A program made the translations under genes and the position numbers. Positions 1 to 9,177 of a stretch of 64,000 nucleotides of DNA are shown piece by piece. Below the pieces are notes generated by a model. That model had not been told where the DNA came from. It made no database searches and saw only the letters and a list, made by a program, of their open reading frames with translations. This DNA is from a bacterium (GTDB lineage Bacteria; Patescibacteriota; Minisyncoccia; Moranbacterales; UBA1568), in NCBI GenBank assembly GCA_021821305.1, contig JAKACP010000001.1, positions 4,934 to 68,933 on the forward strand. The letters run 5' to 3'. The number at the start of each line of letters is the position of its first letter. Position 1 is the stretch's first letter.

Positions 1-1177
1 CGGTGCCGCCCCGTGATTCATCGAGATACTGTTCCGAACCGAGGGACGATGTCCCGCTCCAGTAGGTGACATAACCGGCCGTTCCCGTCCCGGAAAGTCC
101 GGAGGCGAAGCTTGCGCATCCCCACGTACCCGCGGTGTCATCCCACGCGAGACTCTGTCCGTTGGCACATCCTTGGAGAAGTGAGAGCTGATCCGAGGAT
201 GCGCCCGCGAATTCAAGACCGGAATTCGACGAGGTCGAACCGGTGCCGTCGGCGGAGTCGAGCAGATCGATCGACAGGGTCGGTGTCGATCCTTCACCCG
301 AAGCCGAGCCGGAAATACCGTTCCCCGCGGTGATCGTCTCGACATAGTCGCCGGTGGTGTCGGTACCGAGCGTCACATTCGAAGCCCCGCCCGAAATCTG
401 GCTGAAGCTCGACCCGTCGTTCGAGACCTGCCATACGCCGAGAGCGCCGTTGTAGCGGAGCTGCGGTTTCGTGCTCGCGCTCGAGACCGAGAGCGAGAAA
501 TTTTCCGAGACGGCGGAACCGGATCCGATGTTGAATTCCGTCGCGTCGGTTCCCGTGTCCGTGTTCTGATCGTGGAGGCGATCATCGTTCCCGAGCACGA
601 GCTGTTTGGTTCCGGTCCCGGTGGGCAGCAGTTTGATATCCACCTTGCCTCCCTTGCCGAGGACGGGGATGTTTCCGGACTTGGTGCCGATAGCGGAACC
701 GCCAAGCGTCTGCGCGTTCCCCGCGTTGAAAGCATACGGAACCGCGGCGAGTTTCTTACGCGGCACGATTTCCGAGTCGTCACCTATACGGATGCCGAGG
801 AAATACTCATCCGCTCCCTCGGAGAATATGCCCTGCGGAAGTGCCGTATCGGATCCGAGGTACGCACGGAGGATACCGTTCCGGACTTCGACCTCCTGCG
901 TCTCCTCCCAGATCCGCGAGGCGGCATCGGCGTTCGAGGGAAACGGGTTCGGCTCCGTTCGGTCCGTGGTGTAAATCGCGAACCGGACCTGATAGCTGCC
1001 GTTGATCGGCTCATTTTTCACGTCAAACAGCGAAAGTGTGACGTTTATCTGCTCGAACGACTGCGCAAAAACCGGTGCCGGGCCTCCCTGCCACCATATG
1101 TGCATCCCCGCTATCGTTATCGCGGCGAGGATGAGTATGAAATTTTTATGAAATTTTTGTTTTACATACTCCTTCAT
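1..1177 (-). CDS. Large secreted Gly/Thr/Ser-rich repeat surface protein. Only the N-terminal part is in the window; the gene runs off the left edge.
   Basis: The minus-strand frame from the ATG at 1177 stays open to position 1. The translation begins MKEYVKQKFHKNFILILAAITIAGMHIWW, a signal-peptide-like start, and continues with G/T/S-rich repeats. It is absent from the ORF track only because no stop falls inside the window. Confidence 0.5.
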   Translation of the reverse strand, partial: MKEYVKQKFHKNFILILAAITIAGMHIWWQGGPAPVFAQSFEQINVTLSLFDVKNEPINGSYQVRFAIYTTDRTEPNPFPSNADAASRIWEETQEVEVRNGILRAYLGSDTALPQGIFSEGADEYFLGIRIGDDSEIVPRKKLAAVPYAFNAGNAQTLGGSAIGTKSGNIPVLGKGGKVDIKLLPTGTGTKQLVLGNDDRLHDQNTDTGTDATEFNIGSGSAVSENFSLSVSSASTKPQLRYNGALGVWQVSNDGSSFSQISGGASNVTLGTDTTGDYVETITAGNGISGSASGEGSTPTLSIDLLDSADGTGSTSSNSGLEFAGASSDQLSLLQGCANGQSLAWDDTAGTWGCASFASGLSGTGTAGYVTYWSGTSSLGSEQYLDESRGGT

Positions 1178-1259
1178 GAGGCTTCAAAAATCGAGAAATC
1201 GCTGGAGCTATGTCTTTCGGAATTGTAGCATAAAAATGGCATTTTCGAAAGTAAGCGAA

Positions 1260-1973
1260 TCACTTGTTCACGGCCCATCCGAACACGTCGCCGACCGCAC
1301 CCGCTATGAGCTCGAAAAGGGATATCTCACGGGCTCCGGTATACACGGCATACGGATCGCTCGTCGCGGTATTCCCCGATCGGTCGCGGCCGGAAATGAC
1401 ATACACGTACGTCGATGCCTGCGCGAGCTCCGGAATAGTGACGCTGTGGTTCGTCTCATACCCGCTCCCGCGTATGACACCCTCGGCCTGACCGATACCC
1501 TTTCCATACGAGATCTCCGAAATGGCCGGCTTGTTCGTTTCCCAGGTGATGAGCAGTTTCGATCCGTTCTTTCCCTTTTCGGTGAAGGACTCCCCTCGAA
1601 CGGACAGTATCTCGAGCGGCGCCACATCCGCCTCCGGAACGACAAGCGGGGCCTCACCGCCGATGGCTATCTCCCCGACCCGGAAATTTTCGCTTCGATA
1701 GAGGGCGTCCGAAGGAACGACCGGATCGTCCGCAGGCAGAGTGGCCGTCGACTCCGGAACGTCCGGAGTGGAAATGACCACCGGAGCGGATTGCGTCGGT
1801 CCTTCGGGTTCCGCGCGAAAAAACCGATTCCAGAAGAAAAAGGCCATACTCGCCACGATAAGGGTGAGCAACGCGGAAAGGAAAAATTTTTTGGCCAAGC
1901 TCCTGCCGGGTTTCACGATTCCGGAGTTCCCGGAGAAGCCGCCACCGTCACTGACATCCGACATATGAGACAA
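1260..1973 (-). CDS. Hypothetical membrane-anchored protein.
   Basis: 237 aa ORF with an N-terminal hydrophobic segment (LSALLTLIVASMAFFFW). No recognisable family. Confidence 0.4.
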   Translation of the reverse strand: MSHMSDVSDGGGFSGNSGIVKPGRSLAKKFFLSALLTLIVASMAFFFWNRFFRAEPEGPTQSAPVVISTPDVPESTATLPADDPVVPSDALYRSENFRVGEIAIGGEAPLVVPEADVAPLEILSVRGESFTEKGKNGSKLLITWETNKPAISEISYGKGIGQAEGVIRGSGYETNHSVTIPELAQASTYVYVISGRDRSGNTATSDPYAVYTGAREISLFELIAGAVGDVFGWAVNK

Positions 1974-2108
1974 CGGAGAAATCGTCCGTATTCGAAAGAA
2001 TGATGTTCGTATTGTAGCATGGATCGGGCAAATGTCCCAGCTATTCTTGTCTCAGGATACTTTTTCCCGTATGCTTTTCACGTGTGGAATCCTTTCAGTC
2101 AAACACCT

Positions 2109-3212
2109 ATGCGCGACACGGAAAAACGGCAGGTCATCGTCATCATGGCGGGCGGGTCAGGGACGCGGCTCTGGCCGCTCTCCCGGAAAGGGACTCCGAA
2201 ACAGTTCCAAGCGTTTCTTTCGGAGAAAACCCTGCTCGAGGAGACGTTCGACCGGGCCAAGCTCGTCGTCCCGGAGCAGGATATCTACATCTCCACCGGC
2301 GAGCGATATCGTACAAGCATACAAGCCATTCTTCCGGATTTTCCCGAAGAACGGCTCATCATGGAGCCTGAAGCCAGGGGAACCGCGTCGGCTATCGGCC
2401 TTATTTCCGCATTTTTCGAGGCGACCGCGCCGAAAACGGTCATCGCGACCATCGCTTCCGACCACGCTATCGAAAATGACGACGCATTCGTCGCCGCCCT
2501 TCGTTTCGGCCTCGATACCATAGCCGGGAATCCGGACAAGCTCGCGGTCATCGGTATCAACCCGACCTCGGCCGATACGGGTCTCGGATACATCAGGATG
2601 GGCGACGCCTTCGTGGGTGACGACCAAAAGGAAGTCTTTTTCGTGGACGAGTTCAAGGAAAAACCGGACCGGAAGACCGCCGAAGCCTATCTCGCGGATT
2701 GGAAGTATCTCTGGAACGCCGGCTATTTCATCTTCGCATCGGATACTATGGAATCATGGATGCGGGAATACGCTCCGGAGCTCTCCCGGGTCATGGACGG
2801 TATCAAGAGCTCCATCGTCCAAGGCGACACCGACGCGGTCACGAAGCTCTACCGGGAATCGCCGAATGAGGCGATCGAACCGATCCTCATCGAAAAGCTC
2901 CCGGTCAAAGCGCGCATCGTCATCCCGGCGGCGATCAGGTGGAGCGACATCGGGACATGGGGGTCTCTCTTCGATTTTCTCACCCGCAAGCACGGCGGAA
3001 AAAACATCTTTCCCGAAAATTCCATCGACCTCGACAGTACCGGCACGATCGTCCATGGCAAGACGGATCGTGTCATCGCGACGTTCGGCACGAAAGATCT
3101 CGTCATCGTCGATATGGACGATGCGCTCCTCATCGTCGATCGGCATCGATCGAGCGACATGAAACGCCTCATCGAGGAACTGAAGCGGCGCGGACACGAC
3201 GGTCTCTTGTAA
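2109..3212 (+). CDS. manC: Mannose-1-phosphate guanylyltransferase (GDP-mannose pyrophosphorylase).
   Basis: N-terminal nucleotidyltransferase motif VIVIMAGGSGTRLWPLSR and overall family resemblance. The internal Met at 2109 is preferred over the ORF-track start at 2019. Confidence 0.75.
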   Translation: MRDTEKRQVIVIMAGGSGTRLWPLSRKGTPKQFQAFLSEKTLLEETFDRAKLVVPEQDIYISTGERYRTSIQAILPDFPEERLIMEPEARGTASAIGLISAFFEATAPKTVIATIASDHAIENDDAFVAALRFGLDTIAGNPDKLAVIGINPTSADTGLGYIRMGDAFVGDDQKEVFFVDEFKEKPDRKTAEAYLADWKYLWNAGYFIFASDTMESWMREYAPELSRVMDGIKSSIVQGDTDAVTKLYRESPNEAIEPILIEKLPVKARIVIPAAIRWSDIGTWGSLFDFLTRKHGGKNIFPENSIDLDSTGTIVHGKTDRVIATFGTKDLVIVDMDDALLIVDRHRSSDMKRLIEELKRRGHDGLL

Positions 3213-3215
3213 GCG

Positions 3216-3237
3216 AAAAAAGACCGGCAATCCGGTC
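3216..3237 (-). terminator. Rho-independent terminator downstream of ruvX.
   Basis: Hairpin gaccgg-caat-ccggtc preceded on the plus strand by an A6 run, which is a U-run on the minus transcript. It lies about 27 nt past the ruvX stop. Confidence 0.5.
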
Positions 3238-3263
3238 GATACTTCTTTCAGAAACAGGCTTTT

Positions 3264-3698
3264 TTACCGCCTTATTTCCCTGTCACCGCCACGATCCAGC
3301 CACTCCTGGAGGATTATTTTCGCCGACTCCGCGTCATCGAAACGGGCTATGCGACGCAGGCCCCGCTCCTTGAGATTCGCCTCGGCCATCCTGGTCGTGA
3401 ACATCTCGTTCTGAAACGCCACGCGGACGGGAAACGATTTTTTCACGGTCTCGCCGAAACGCCTTGCCTCATCGGAACTGTCCGGGCGATTCACATGCGA
3501 AGGGATACCGATGACGACGGTGCCGATCTCCTTCTCTTCGATGAGAGTGCCGAGCCGGTCGAGCAATGTCTCGTCGTTCTTCAGGGTCGCGAGTGCGAAG
3601 GCGATCCGTGTCTCCGCATCGGAGAACGAGACGCCCACGGAGGATGCGCCCCAATCGATACCAAGGAAATTCTCATATTTTGAAATGACCTCTTCCAT
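3264..3698 (-). CDS. ruvX: Holliday junction resolvase-like protein RuvX/YqgF.
   Basis: Starts MEEVISKYENFLGIDWG, the usual YqgF N-terminus carrying the catalytic Asp. About 145 aa. Confidence 0.75.
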   Translation of the reverse strand: MEEVISKYENFLGIDWGASSVGVSFSDAETRIAFALATLKNDETLLDRLGTLIEEKEIGTVVIGIPSHVNRPDSSDEARRFGETVKKSFPVRVAFQNEMFTTRMAEANLKERGLRRIARFDDAESAKIILQEWLDRGGDREIRR

Positions 3699-3732
3699 AA
3701 GAATCTGATACTTTTCAAAAAAATACCGTTTT

Positions 3733-3856
3733 AAAACACAAAACCCAGTGCACAAAAGACCAAAAAAAGAAGTGGGGGAATTTCAGCGGTGTGACGTTCG
3801 TATTCCGTGCCTTGTGCTTTGTTTGGATTTTCGTGTTTTGATGACTGTGTTTTACT
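3733..3856. repeat. Copy A of an imperfect-palindromic intergenic repeat family. It has an A/C-rich arm containing CAGTGCACAAAA and a complementary G/T-rich arm.
   Basis: aaaacacaaaacccagtgcacaaaagaccaaa...ccttgtgctttgtttggattttcgtgttttg. The arms are reverse complements of each other. The element fills the whole map-ruvX spacer and touches the map stop codon. Confidence 0.7.
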
Positions 3857-4625
3857 GAAACCGTGTGACGATTTCCGTTCCCCGTTCGGTCACGATGACC
3901 GTATCCTCGAAGTGGGCCGACAGGCTTCCGTCCTTGGTCACGTACGTCCAGCCGTCATCGGCGACGCGCACGGCGAAATGCCCCATGTTCACCATAGGCT
4001 CGAGCGCGACCGCCATGCCCTTGCGGAACGAGAAGTTCTCCATGCCTTTGAAGAAATAGTTCGGTATCTGCGGATCCTCGTGCAACTCCCGTCCGACCCC
4101 ATGGCCGACGAGATCGCGCACGACGCTGAACCCGTCCCGCCTGACGCGCGACTCCACCGCGGAGGCGAAATCGGACAGCCTCGCGCCGGATCGGATCTTC
4201 GATATGCCACGGTCGAGACTGTCTTTTGCGGCTTCGATAAGCCGCGTCGCGTCCGCCGAGACCGTTCCGATCGGCAGGGTGCGCGCCATATCCGTGACCA
4301 TGCCCTGGAACCGCATCCCGATGTCTATCTTGAGGAGATCGCCCTCGCGCAACACGCGATCGGGCGATGGGATACCATGCACGACCTCCTCGTTCACCGA
4401 TACGCAGACCGCCGCCGGGAACGGCGTACCCCATTCGGCACCATACCCCTTGAACACGGGTATGCCGCCCTTGCCGCGGATGAGTTCCTCCGCCCTGATG
4501 CCGATCTCTCCCGTCGTCACACCCGGTTTCGCCATGAGACACAGCTCGTCGGTGACCGCCGCGAGGCGCTTCCCCGACTCACGCAGTCCGTCGAGCTCGG
4601 TCTCGGTTTTTATCCATTCGTTCAT
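3852..4625 (-). CDS. map: Methionine aminopeptidase type I.
   Basis: MNEWIKTE... with the conserved metal-binding residues of the MetAP fold. It sits after adk in the spc cluster. Confidence 0.85.
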   Translation of the reverse strand: MNEWIKTETELDGLRESGKRLAAVTDELCLMAKPGVTTGEIGIRAEELIRGKGGIPVFKGYGAEWGTPFPAAVCVSVNEEVVHGIPSPDRVLREGDLLKIDIGMRFQGMVTDMARTLPIGTVSADATRLIEAAKDSLDRGISKIRSGARLSDFASAVESRVRRDGFSVVRDLVGHGVGRELHEDPQIPNYFFKGMENFSFRKGMAVALEPMVNMGHFAVRVADDGWTYVTKDGSLSAHFEDTVIVTERGTEIVTRFQ

Positions 4626-4638
4626 AGCGGACAGACTC

Positions 4639-5319
4639 TTAGGCGGACTCTTCCGAAATCCCCGATCTGATATCTTTGAAAATCGTCTCCGGATCGCTCG
4701 CTCCCGAAACCCGGAGCAGCTGTCCTTGTTCCTCGAAATACTTGAGAACGGGAAGCGTCTCATCGTGGAACACCTGCCATCGCTTCCGCACTCCTTCCGC
4801 GGTGTCGTCGGCGCGCTGGCTCACCCTGCCGCCGCACTGCGGGCATCGGTCGCCGACGCTGTCGAAATTCTTCCCGAGGATGAGCTTGGCTCCGCAGTCC
4901 GCGCAGGAAAAGCGCCGTGAGATGCGGTCGACCGAATCCTCCTCCGAAAGCTCGACGAAAATGGCTTTGTTGAAATCTTTTCCGTGTCGATTGAGCACGG
5001 AGAGCACCTCGTGTATCTGACTCTCCCGACGGGGCGCACCGTCGACGATGACCGGTCGGTCGGGCGCTATTTTCCGTATCTCCTGTTCGAGCACCGCCTG
5101 CATGATCTCATCCGCGACGAGTCCGCCCTCCTCGTTCATGATACGGCTCAAATTCTCCCCGAACGGTGTCGGCTCCTGCGCCGCCCTTCGGAGCGCGGAC
5201 CCCATATCGACATGCTCGCATCCGAATTCACGCTTGAAGATATCCGCCTGCGTACTTTTCCCGCTCCCGGGAGGCCCGAGCAGGATATACGCCTTCGGTT
5301 GTTCCTGTTTCTGAGACAT
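4639..5319 (-). CDS. adk: Adenylate kinase with a zinc-binding LID domain.
   Basis: P-loop GPPGSGKSTQ. The LID carries CADCG...CPQCGG, four Cys. It lies downstream of secY. Confidence 0.85.
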   Translation of the reverse strand: MSQKQEQPKAYILLGPPGSGKSTQADIFKREFGCEHVDMGSALRRAAQEPTPFGENLSRIMNEEGGLVADEIMQAVLEQEIRKIAPDRPVIVDGAPRRESQIHEVLSVLNRHGKDFNKAIFVELSEEDSVDRISRRFSCADCGAKLILGKNFDSVGDRCPQCGGRVSQRADDTAEGVRKRWQVFHDETLPVLKYFEEQGQLLRVSGASDPETIFKDIRSGISEESA

Positions 5320-5363
5320 TGATGGATTTCTATTTATGAGCATGCTTGATTCTGGCTTCAGAT

Positions 5364-5497
5364 AAAAAACACAAAGCCCAGTGCACAAAATTCCAAACAA
5401 AGCACAGGGTTCAAATAAACTCAAAGCACAGACGGATACTTCGTATGGATTTCGTAGTTTGTTTGGTTTTTTGTGTTTTGGATATTTGTGTTTTCAC
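5364..5497. repeat. Copy B of the imperfect-palindromic intergenic repeat family.
   Basis: aaaaaacacaaagcccagtgcacaaaattccaaacaaagcaca...gtttgtttggttttttgtgttttggatatttgtgttttc. It fills the whole secY-adk spacer. Confidence 0.7.
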
Positions 5498-5498
5498 C

Positions 5499-6776
5499 TC
5501 AAAATCCCTCGTAATTACGCATGGAAAGCTGGCCCTGCATCTGCTTGATGATCTCGAGTACGACCGAGACGACGATGAGCACGGAGACGCCGCCGAGCTG
5601 CAGCGCCTGGATATTGGTCACGTTCTGGACGATGAACGGCAGTACCGCGATGGAACCGAGGAATATCGCTCCGGCGAGGGTTATCCGGTTGATGATGCGT
5701 CCGAGGTATTCCGCGGTAGCGGTCCCCGGCCGGATGCCCGGTATGAAACCGCCCTGTTTCTGGAGGTTCTCGGATATCTTGTACGGATCGAAGATGACCG
5801 CCGTGTAGAAATACGTGAACACGGCCACGAGGACGAAGTACATGCCGGAATATATCCACGGGTTCTGGAGAAACGCGTTGACGGCGATGGCGATATCGGC
5901 GACCGTCCCGCCGCCTTGCTGGGCGAAATAGCTCGCTATCATGCTCGGGATGAGGATGATCGAGACCGCGAAGATGATCGGGATGACGCCGGCCTGGTTC
6001 ACCTTGAGCGGAAGGTGCGTGGCGGCTCCGCCGTACACCCGGCTCCCCCGCAGACGCTTCGCGTAGGATATCGGGATGATACGCTGGCCGTCGTTGACGA
6101 GCACCACCCCGGCGATCGTCACGAGCGCGATGAGGAAAAACAGGATGTAGGTGAACGCCTGCGACGCGTCCCACGTCGAGAACAGCCGGGCGAACGCCGT
6201 CGGGACGCCGGCGATGATACCGGCGAAGATCATGATGGATACGCCGTTTCCGAGACCCTTTTCGGTTATGAGCTCGCCGAGCCACATGAGGAAGACCGTT
6301 CCGGCGACGGCCGTCACGACCATGACCGCCATCATGAACGGCGACAGGTCCCCGAGCACGTTCTGCGACCGCAGAAGCGAGATCATGGCGAACGACTGGA
6401 CGGTGGCGAGCGGCACGGTCAGCCACCGCGTCCACATATTGAATTTCTGACGGCCGGCTTCACCCTCTTCCTTGTGCAGTTTCTCGAGCTGCGGGGAGAT
6501 CATCGTCATGAGCTGCATGATGATGGAAGCCGTGATGTACGGCGCCACGCCGAGAAGCACGATGGAGATGTTGGAGAGACCTCCGCCGGAGAAGATGTTG
6601 AGGAGGCCGAGCAGCTGGTTTTCCTCGAACAGGCTCCGCAACGCCAAAACATCCACGCCGGGGAGCGGGATGTTGGCGGCGAATCGGTATACCACCAAGA
6701 CACCGAGGATGAAGAGGATTTTCTCCCGTAGTTCAGAAACGCCCCAGATTTGCCGAAGTGCACCGATCATGAGCAT
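5499..6776 (-). CDS. secY: Preprotein translocase subunit SecY.
   Basis: 425 aa polytopic membrane protein with SecY hallmarks (GVAPYITASIIMQL, plug and TM pattern). Located between rplO and adk. Confidence 0.9.
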   Translation of the reverse strand: MLMIGALRQIWGVSELREKILFILGVLVVYRFAANIPLPGVDVLALRSLFEENQLLGLLNIFSGGGLSNISIVLLGVAPYITASIIMQLMTMISPQLEKLHKEEGEAGRQKFNMWTRWLTVPLATVQSFAMISLLRSQNVLGDLSPFMMAVMVVTAVAGTVFLMWLGELITEKGLGNGVSIMIFAGIIAGVPTAFARLFSTWDASQAFTYILFFLIALVTIAGVVLVNDGQRIIPISYAKRLRGSRVYGGAATHLPLKVNQAGVIPIIFAVSIILIPSMIASYFAQQGGGTVADIAIAVNAFLQNPWIYSGMYFVLVAVFTYFYTAVIFDPYKISENLQKQGGFIPGIRPGTATAEYLGRIINRITLAGAIFLGSIAVLPFIVQNVTNIQALQLGGVSVLIVVSVVLEIIKQMQGQLSMRNYEGF

Positions 6777-6811
6777 GTACAAATGGTTTCGGTTTCGGTT
6801 CGGAAAAGCGA

Positions 6812-7252
6812 CTACGCTTCGCGGACCGTGCCACCCGCCTTCTTCACCGCCTCGAGCGCGGCATCGGAAAACCGTATACGGGAATCGAACGTGAGCGCCT
6901 TGGAAAGCGTCCCGCTCGCCACGACCTTGAATCCTCCGGTCATACGCTTCGGGGAAAACAACTTCTTCTTGAGCATGGTCGCGCGGCTCACCTCATCGCC
7001 AGCCTTGAAATTCCGGTCGAGAAACGCGAGCGTGACCGCCACGCGCTTCGCCCGGGGCGACTTGAATCCTTTCAATTTTTTCATCCGCTCGACGAGCGAC
7101 GAGCGTCCACCCTCGAACAAGGGATCGACGGACGAACCCGAGCGGGACTTCTGTCCTTTGGTGCCGCGGCCGGACGTGGTGCCGCGCCGACCGCCGCGGG
7201 CTATCCGCTTGCGGCTCTTTTTCTTCTCGACGGAGAGGGTATGGATCTGCAT
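6812..7252 (-). CDS. rplO: 50S ribosomal protein L15.
   Basis: Gly/Arg/Lys-rich N-terminus typical of L15 (RGGRRGTTSGRGTKGQKSRSG). Sits directly after rpsE. Confidence 0.9.
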   Translation of the reverse strand: MQIHTLSVEKKKSRKRIARGGRRGTTSGRGTKGQKSRSGSSVDPLFEGGRSSLVERMKKLKGFKSPRAKRVAVTLAFLDRNFKAGDEVSRATMLKKKLFSPKRMTGGFKVVASGTLSKALTFDSRIRFSDAALEAVKKAGGTVREA

Positions 7253-7264
7253 AGTGGTGGACGT

Positions 7265-7795
7265 TTATTGCTTCAATGCCTCTTTGGCGGGAGCGGCTTC
7301 CTTCTTCTCGGGTTCCGCCTCGGGCGTCGCGACGTTCCTCAGGTCTTCGAGCGCGAGCATGGTCGCGCGCGCGAGGTTGAGCGAGTTCGACGATCCGAGC
7401 GACTTCGAAACGACATCCTTGACGCCGAGGAGATCCATGACGGCACGAACCGCACCGCCCGCGATCAGCCCGCGGCCTTCCTTTCCCGGCTTCAGCATGA
7501 CTTTGGCGCTCCCGTACTTGGCCCGCACGTCGTGCGCGATCGTCCCGTTCACGAGGGCGACGGTGATGAAATTCTTCTTCGCGTCATTGAACGCCTTCTG
7601 GATCGCGTCGGAGACATCGCTTCCCTTGGCGATTCCCACGCCGACCTTGCCCTTCCGGTTGCCGATGACGATCGTCGCGCGGAATCGGAAACGGCGGCCG
7701 CCCTTGACCACGCGGGTAACGCGCGCCAAATCGAGGAGTTTCTGATCGTACTCCGGTTTCTCCCTTCGGCCCATTCTTTTCATCTGCTTTGCCAT
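7265..7795 (-). CDS. rpsE: 30S ribosomal protein S5.
   Basis: S5 dsRBD and C-terminal domain motifs (VTRVVKGGRRFRFRA, GIAKG). Confidence 0.9.
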   Translation of the reverse strand: MAKQMKRMGRREKPEYDQKLLDLARVTRVVKGGRRFRFRATIVIGNRKGKVGVGIAKGSDVSDAIQKAFNDAKKNFITVALVNGTIAHDVRAKYGSAKVMLKPGKEGRGLIAGGAVRAVMDLLGVKDVVSKSLGSSNSLNLARATMLALEDLRNVATPEAEPEKKEAAPAKEALKQ

Positions 7796-7823
7796 AGCGT
7801 TTTTCCGATGACTTTAGGAAATA

Positions 7824-8177
7824 TTAGAACACGAGTCCCGACTCCCGAGCTCCGTCCGCGACCGCCTTCACCTTTCCATGATAGCGGTATCCGGCCCGAT
7901 CGAACACGACCGTCTTGATACCGGCGGCCATGCACTTCTCCCCGACCAGCTTGCCGAGCGCGAGTGCGCCTTCGACGGTATTCTTCGTCTTCTTCATCTC
8001 GCGGAGATCGGCGGAGACGAGGGTCACGCCCTTGGTATCGTCGATGGCCTGGACGGAAATGTTCCGGAGACTGCGGAATACCGCCAGTCTCGGCCGTTCG
8101 GCCGTCCCGGAGATTTTCGCCCGTACCCTGCGCGCGCGTGCGAGTCGATCCTGTTTTCGTGCTGTTTGCTTCAACAT
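7824..8177 (-). CDS. rplR: 50S ribosomal protein L18.
   Basis: [18 protein letters not shown], typical of L18. Confidence 0.9.
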   Translation of the reverse strand: MLKQTARKQDRLARARRVRAKISGTAERPRLAVFRSLRNISVQAIDDTKGVTLVSADLREMKKTKNTVEGALALGKLVGEKCMAAGIKTVVFDRAGYRYHGKVKAVADGARESGLVF

Positions 8178-8194
8178 AGGACTGAAAATATTCT

Positions 8195-8731
8195 TTACGC
8201 GGAGGCTTTCTTCCCTTCTTTCCGCCGCACGATCTCACCGACATAGCGGAATCCTTTGCCCTTGTACGGTTCGACCGGCTTCAACCGACGGACTTCGGCG
8301 GCGAACTGGCCGACTTTCTGCTTGTCGATACCGGAGATGGTGAGCACGTTGCCCTCGACCTTCGCCTCGATGCCATCGACGATTTCCACCTCGACCGGAT
8401 GCGAGAACCCGAGCGCGAGGTTGAGCTTCTTCCCCTGGACGGCCATGCGGAACCCGACACCGTTCAGTTCGAGCTGCTTCTGGAATCCCTTGGCCACGCC
8501 CTCGATCATGTTGTCGATCATCCTCACGGTCGTGCCCCAGATCGCGCGCGCCTTCTTCGATTCACCGACTTTCGCGACCGTGAACACGCCGTCCGCAAAC
8601 GCCACGGAGACGGCCGTATGGTGCGCGAAGGACAGCGCTCCCTTGGATCCCTTGATGGAGATCACGTTCGCCTTGATCGAGGCCTCGATGCCCGACGGGA
8701 CGACTACCGGTTTTTTTCCGATCCTACTCAT
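8195..8731 (-). CDS. rplF: 50S ribosomal protein L6.
   Basis: [19 protein letters not shown], the two-domain L6. Confidence 0.9.
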   Translation of the reverse strand: MSRIGKKPVVVPSGIEASIKANVISIKGSKGALSFAHHTAVSVAFADGVFTVAKVGESKKARAIWGTTVRMIDNMIEGVAKGFQKQLELNGVGFRMAVQGKKLNLALGFSHPVEVEIVDGIEAKVEGNVLTISGIDKQKVGQFAAEVRRLKPVEPYKGKGFRYVGEIVRRKEGKKASA

Positions 8732-8740
8732 AAGTTTCGA

Positions 8741-9145
8741 TTACCAGACTTCACAGATGTATTCCCCGCCCAACCCCTGCCGATAGGCGTCCTCGCCGCT
8801 CATCACGCCCTTCGAGGTCGAGATGATGGCCGCGCCGTATCCGTTCTTGACCTTCCTGATCTCCCCCTTCTTCGCATACACGCGGCAGCCTTCCTTGCTG
8901 ATCCGACGGATCTCGCGGATGATCGGCTCGCGCTTGAGCGGAGAGACTTCGGAGTACTTGAGCGCGATGACGATGGACTCGTGAGCCCCGTCGGCCTGTT
9001 TCGACACGCCTCCGATGAATCCGCGCGCTTCAAGCACGCCCGCGATGGCGAGTTTGAGTTTGGACGCCGGGATCGAGACGGTCTTGTGGCCGGCCCGCTG
9101 GGCATTCCGGATTCTGGTCAGCATGTCTGCGATTGGATCAAGCAT
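8741..9145 (-). CDS. rpsH: 30S ribosomal protein S8.
   Basis: MLDPIADMLTRIRNA, the S8 signature. Confidence 0.9.
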   Translation of the reverse strand: MLDPIADMLTRIRNAQRAGHKTVSIPASKLKLAIAGVLEARGFIGGVSKQADGAHESIVIALKYSEVSPLKREPIIREIRRISKEGCRVYAKKGEIRKVKNGYGAAIISTSKGVMSGEDAYRQGLGGEYICEVW

Positions 9146-9177
9146 ACGAATGTGTTCTTACCTTCAAAAAGATGTTC

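Noticed and set aside
2019-2108. ORF-track start of manC at 2019 (MDRANVPAILVSGYFF...).
   Set aside because: The N-terminal 30 residues do not resemble a nucleotidyltransferase N-terminus. The conserved G-x-G-x-R-L motif begins right after the internal Met at 2109, and the 2019 start would crowd the divergent promoter.
3733-3856. ACACAAA / TTTGTGT-rich repeats as a CRISPR array or as simple low-complexity sequence.
   Set aside because: There is no regular repeat-spacer periodicity and no cas genes. The three loci are separated by kilobases and share a specific ~45 nt arm with internal dyad symmetry, which is inconsistent with CRISPR or microsatellites.
5346-6731. Long plus-strand ORF (461 aa) antisense to secY. 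Similar long antisense or alternative-frame ORFs appear at 16069-17748 (versus tuf), 17976-19997 (versus fusA), 52939-54513 (versus rpoC), 56239-59427 (versus rpoB), 47402-49546 (versus ftsK) and 14713-15981.
   Set aside because: These are typical shadow ORFs of GC-rich DNA, with Arg/Asp/Glu/His-rich low-complexity translations. Each overlaps a strongly supported conserved gene on the other strand.
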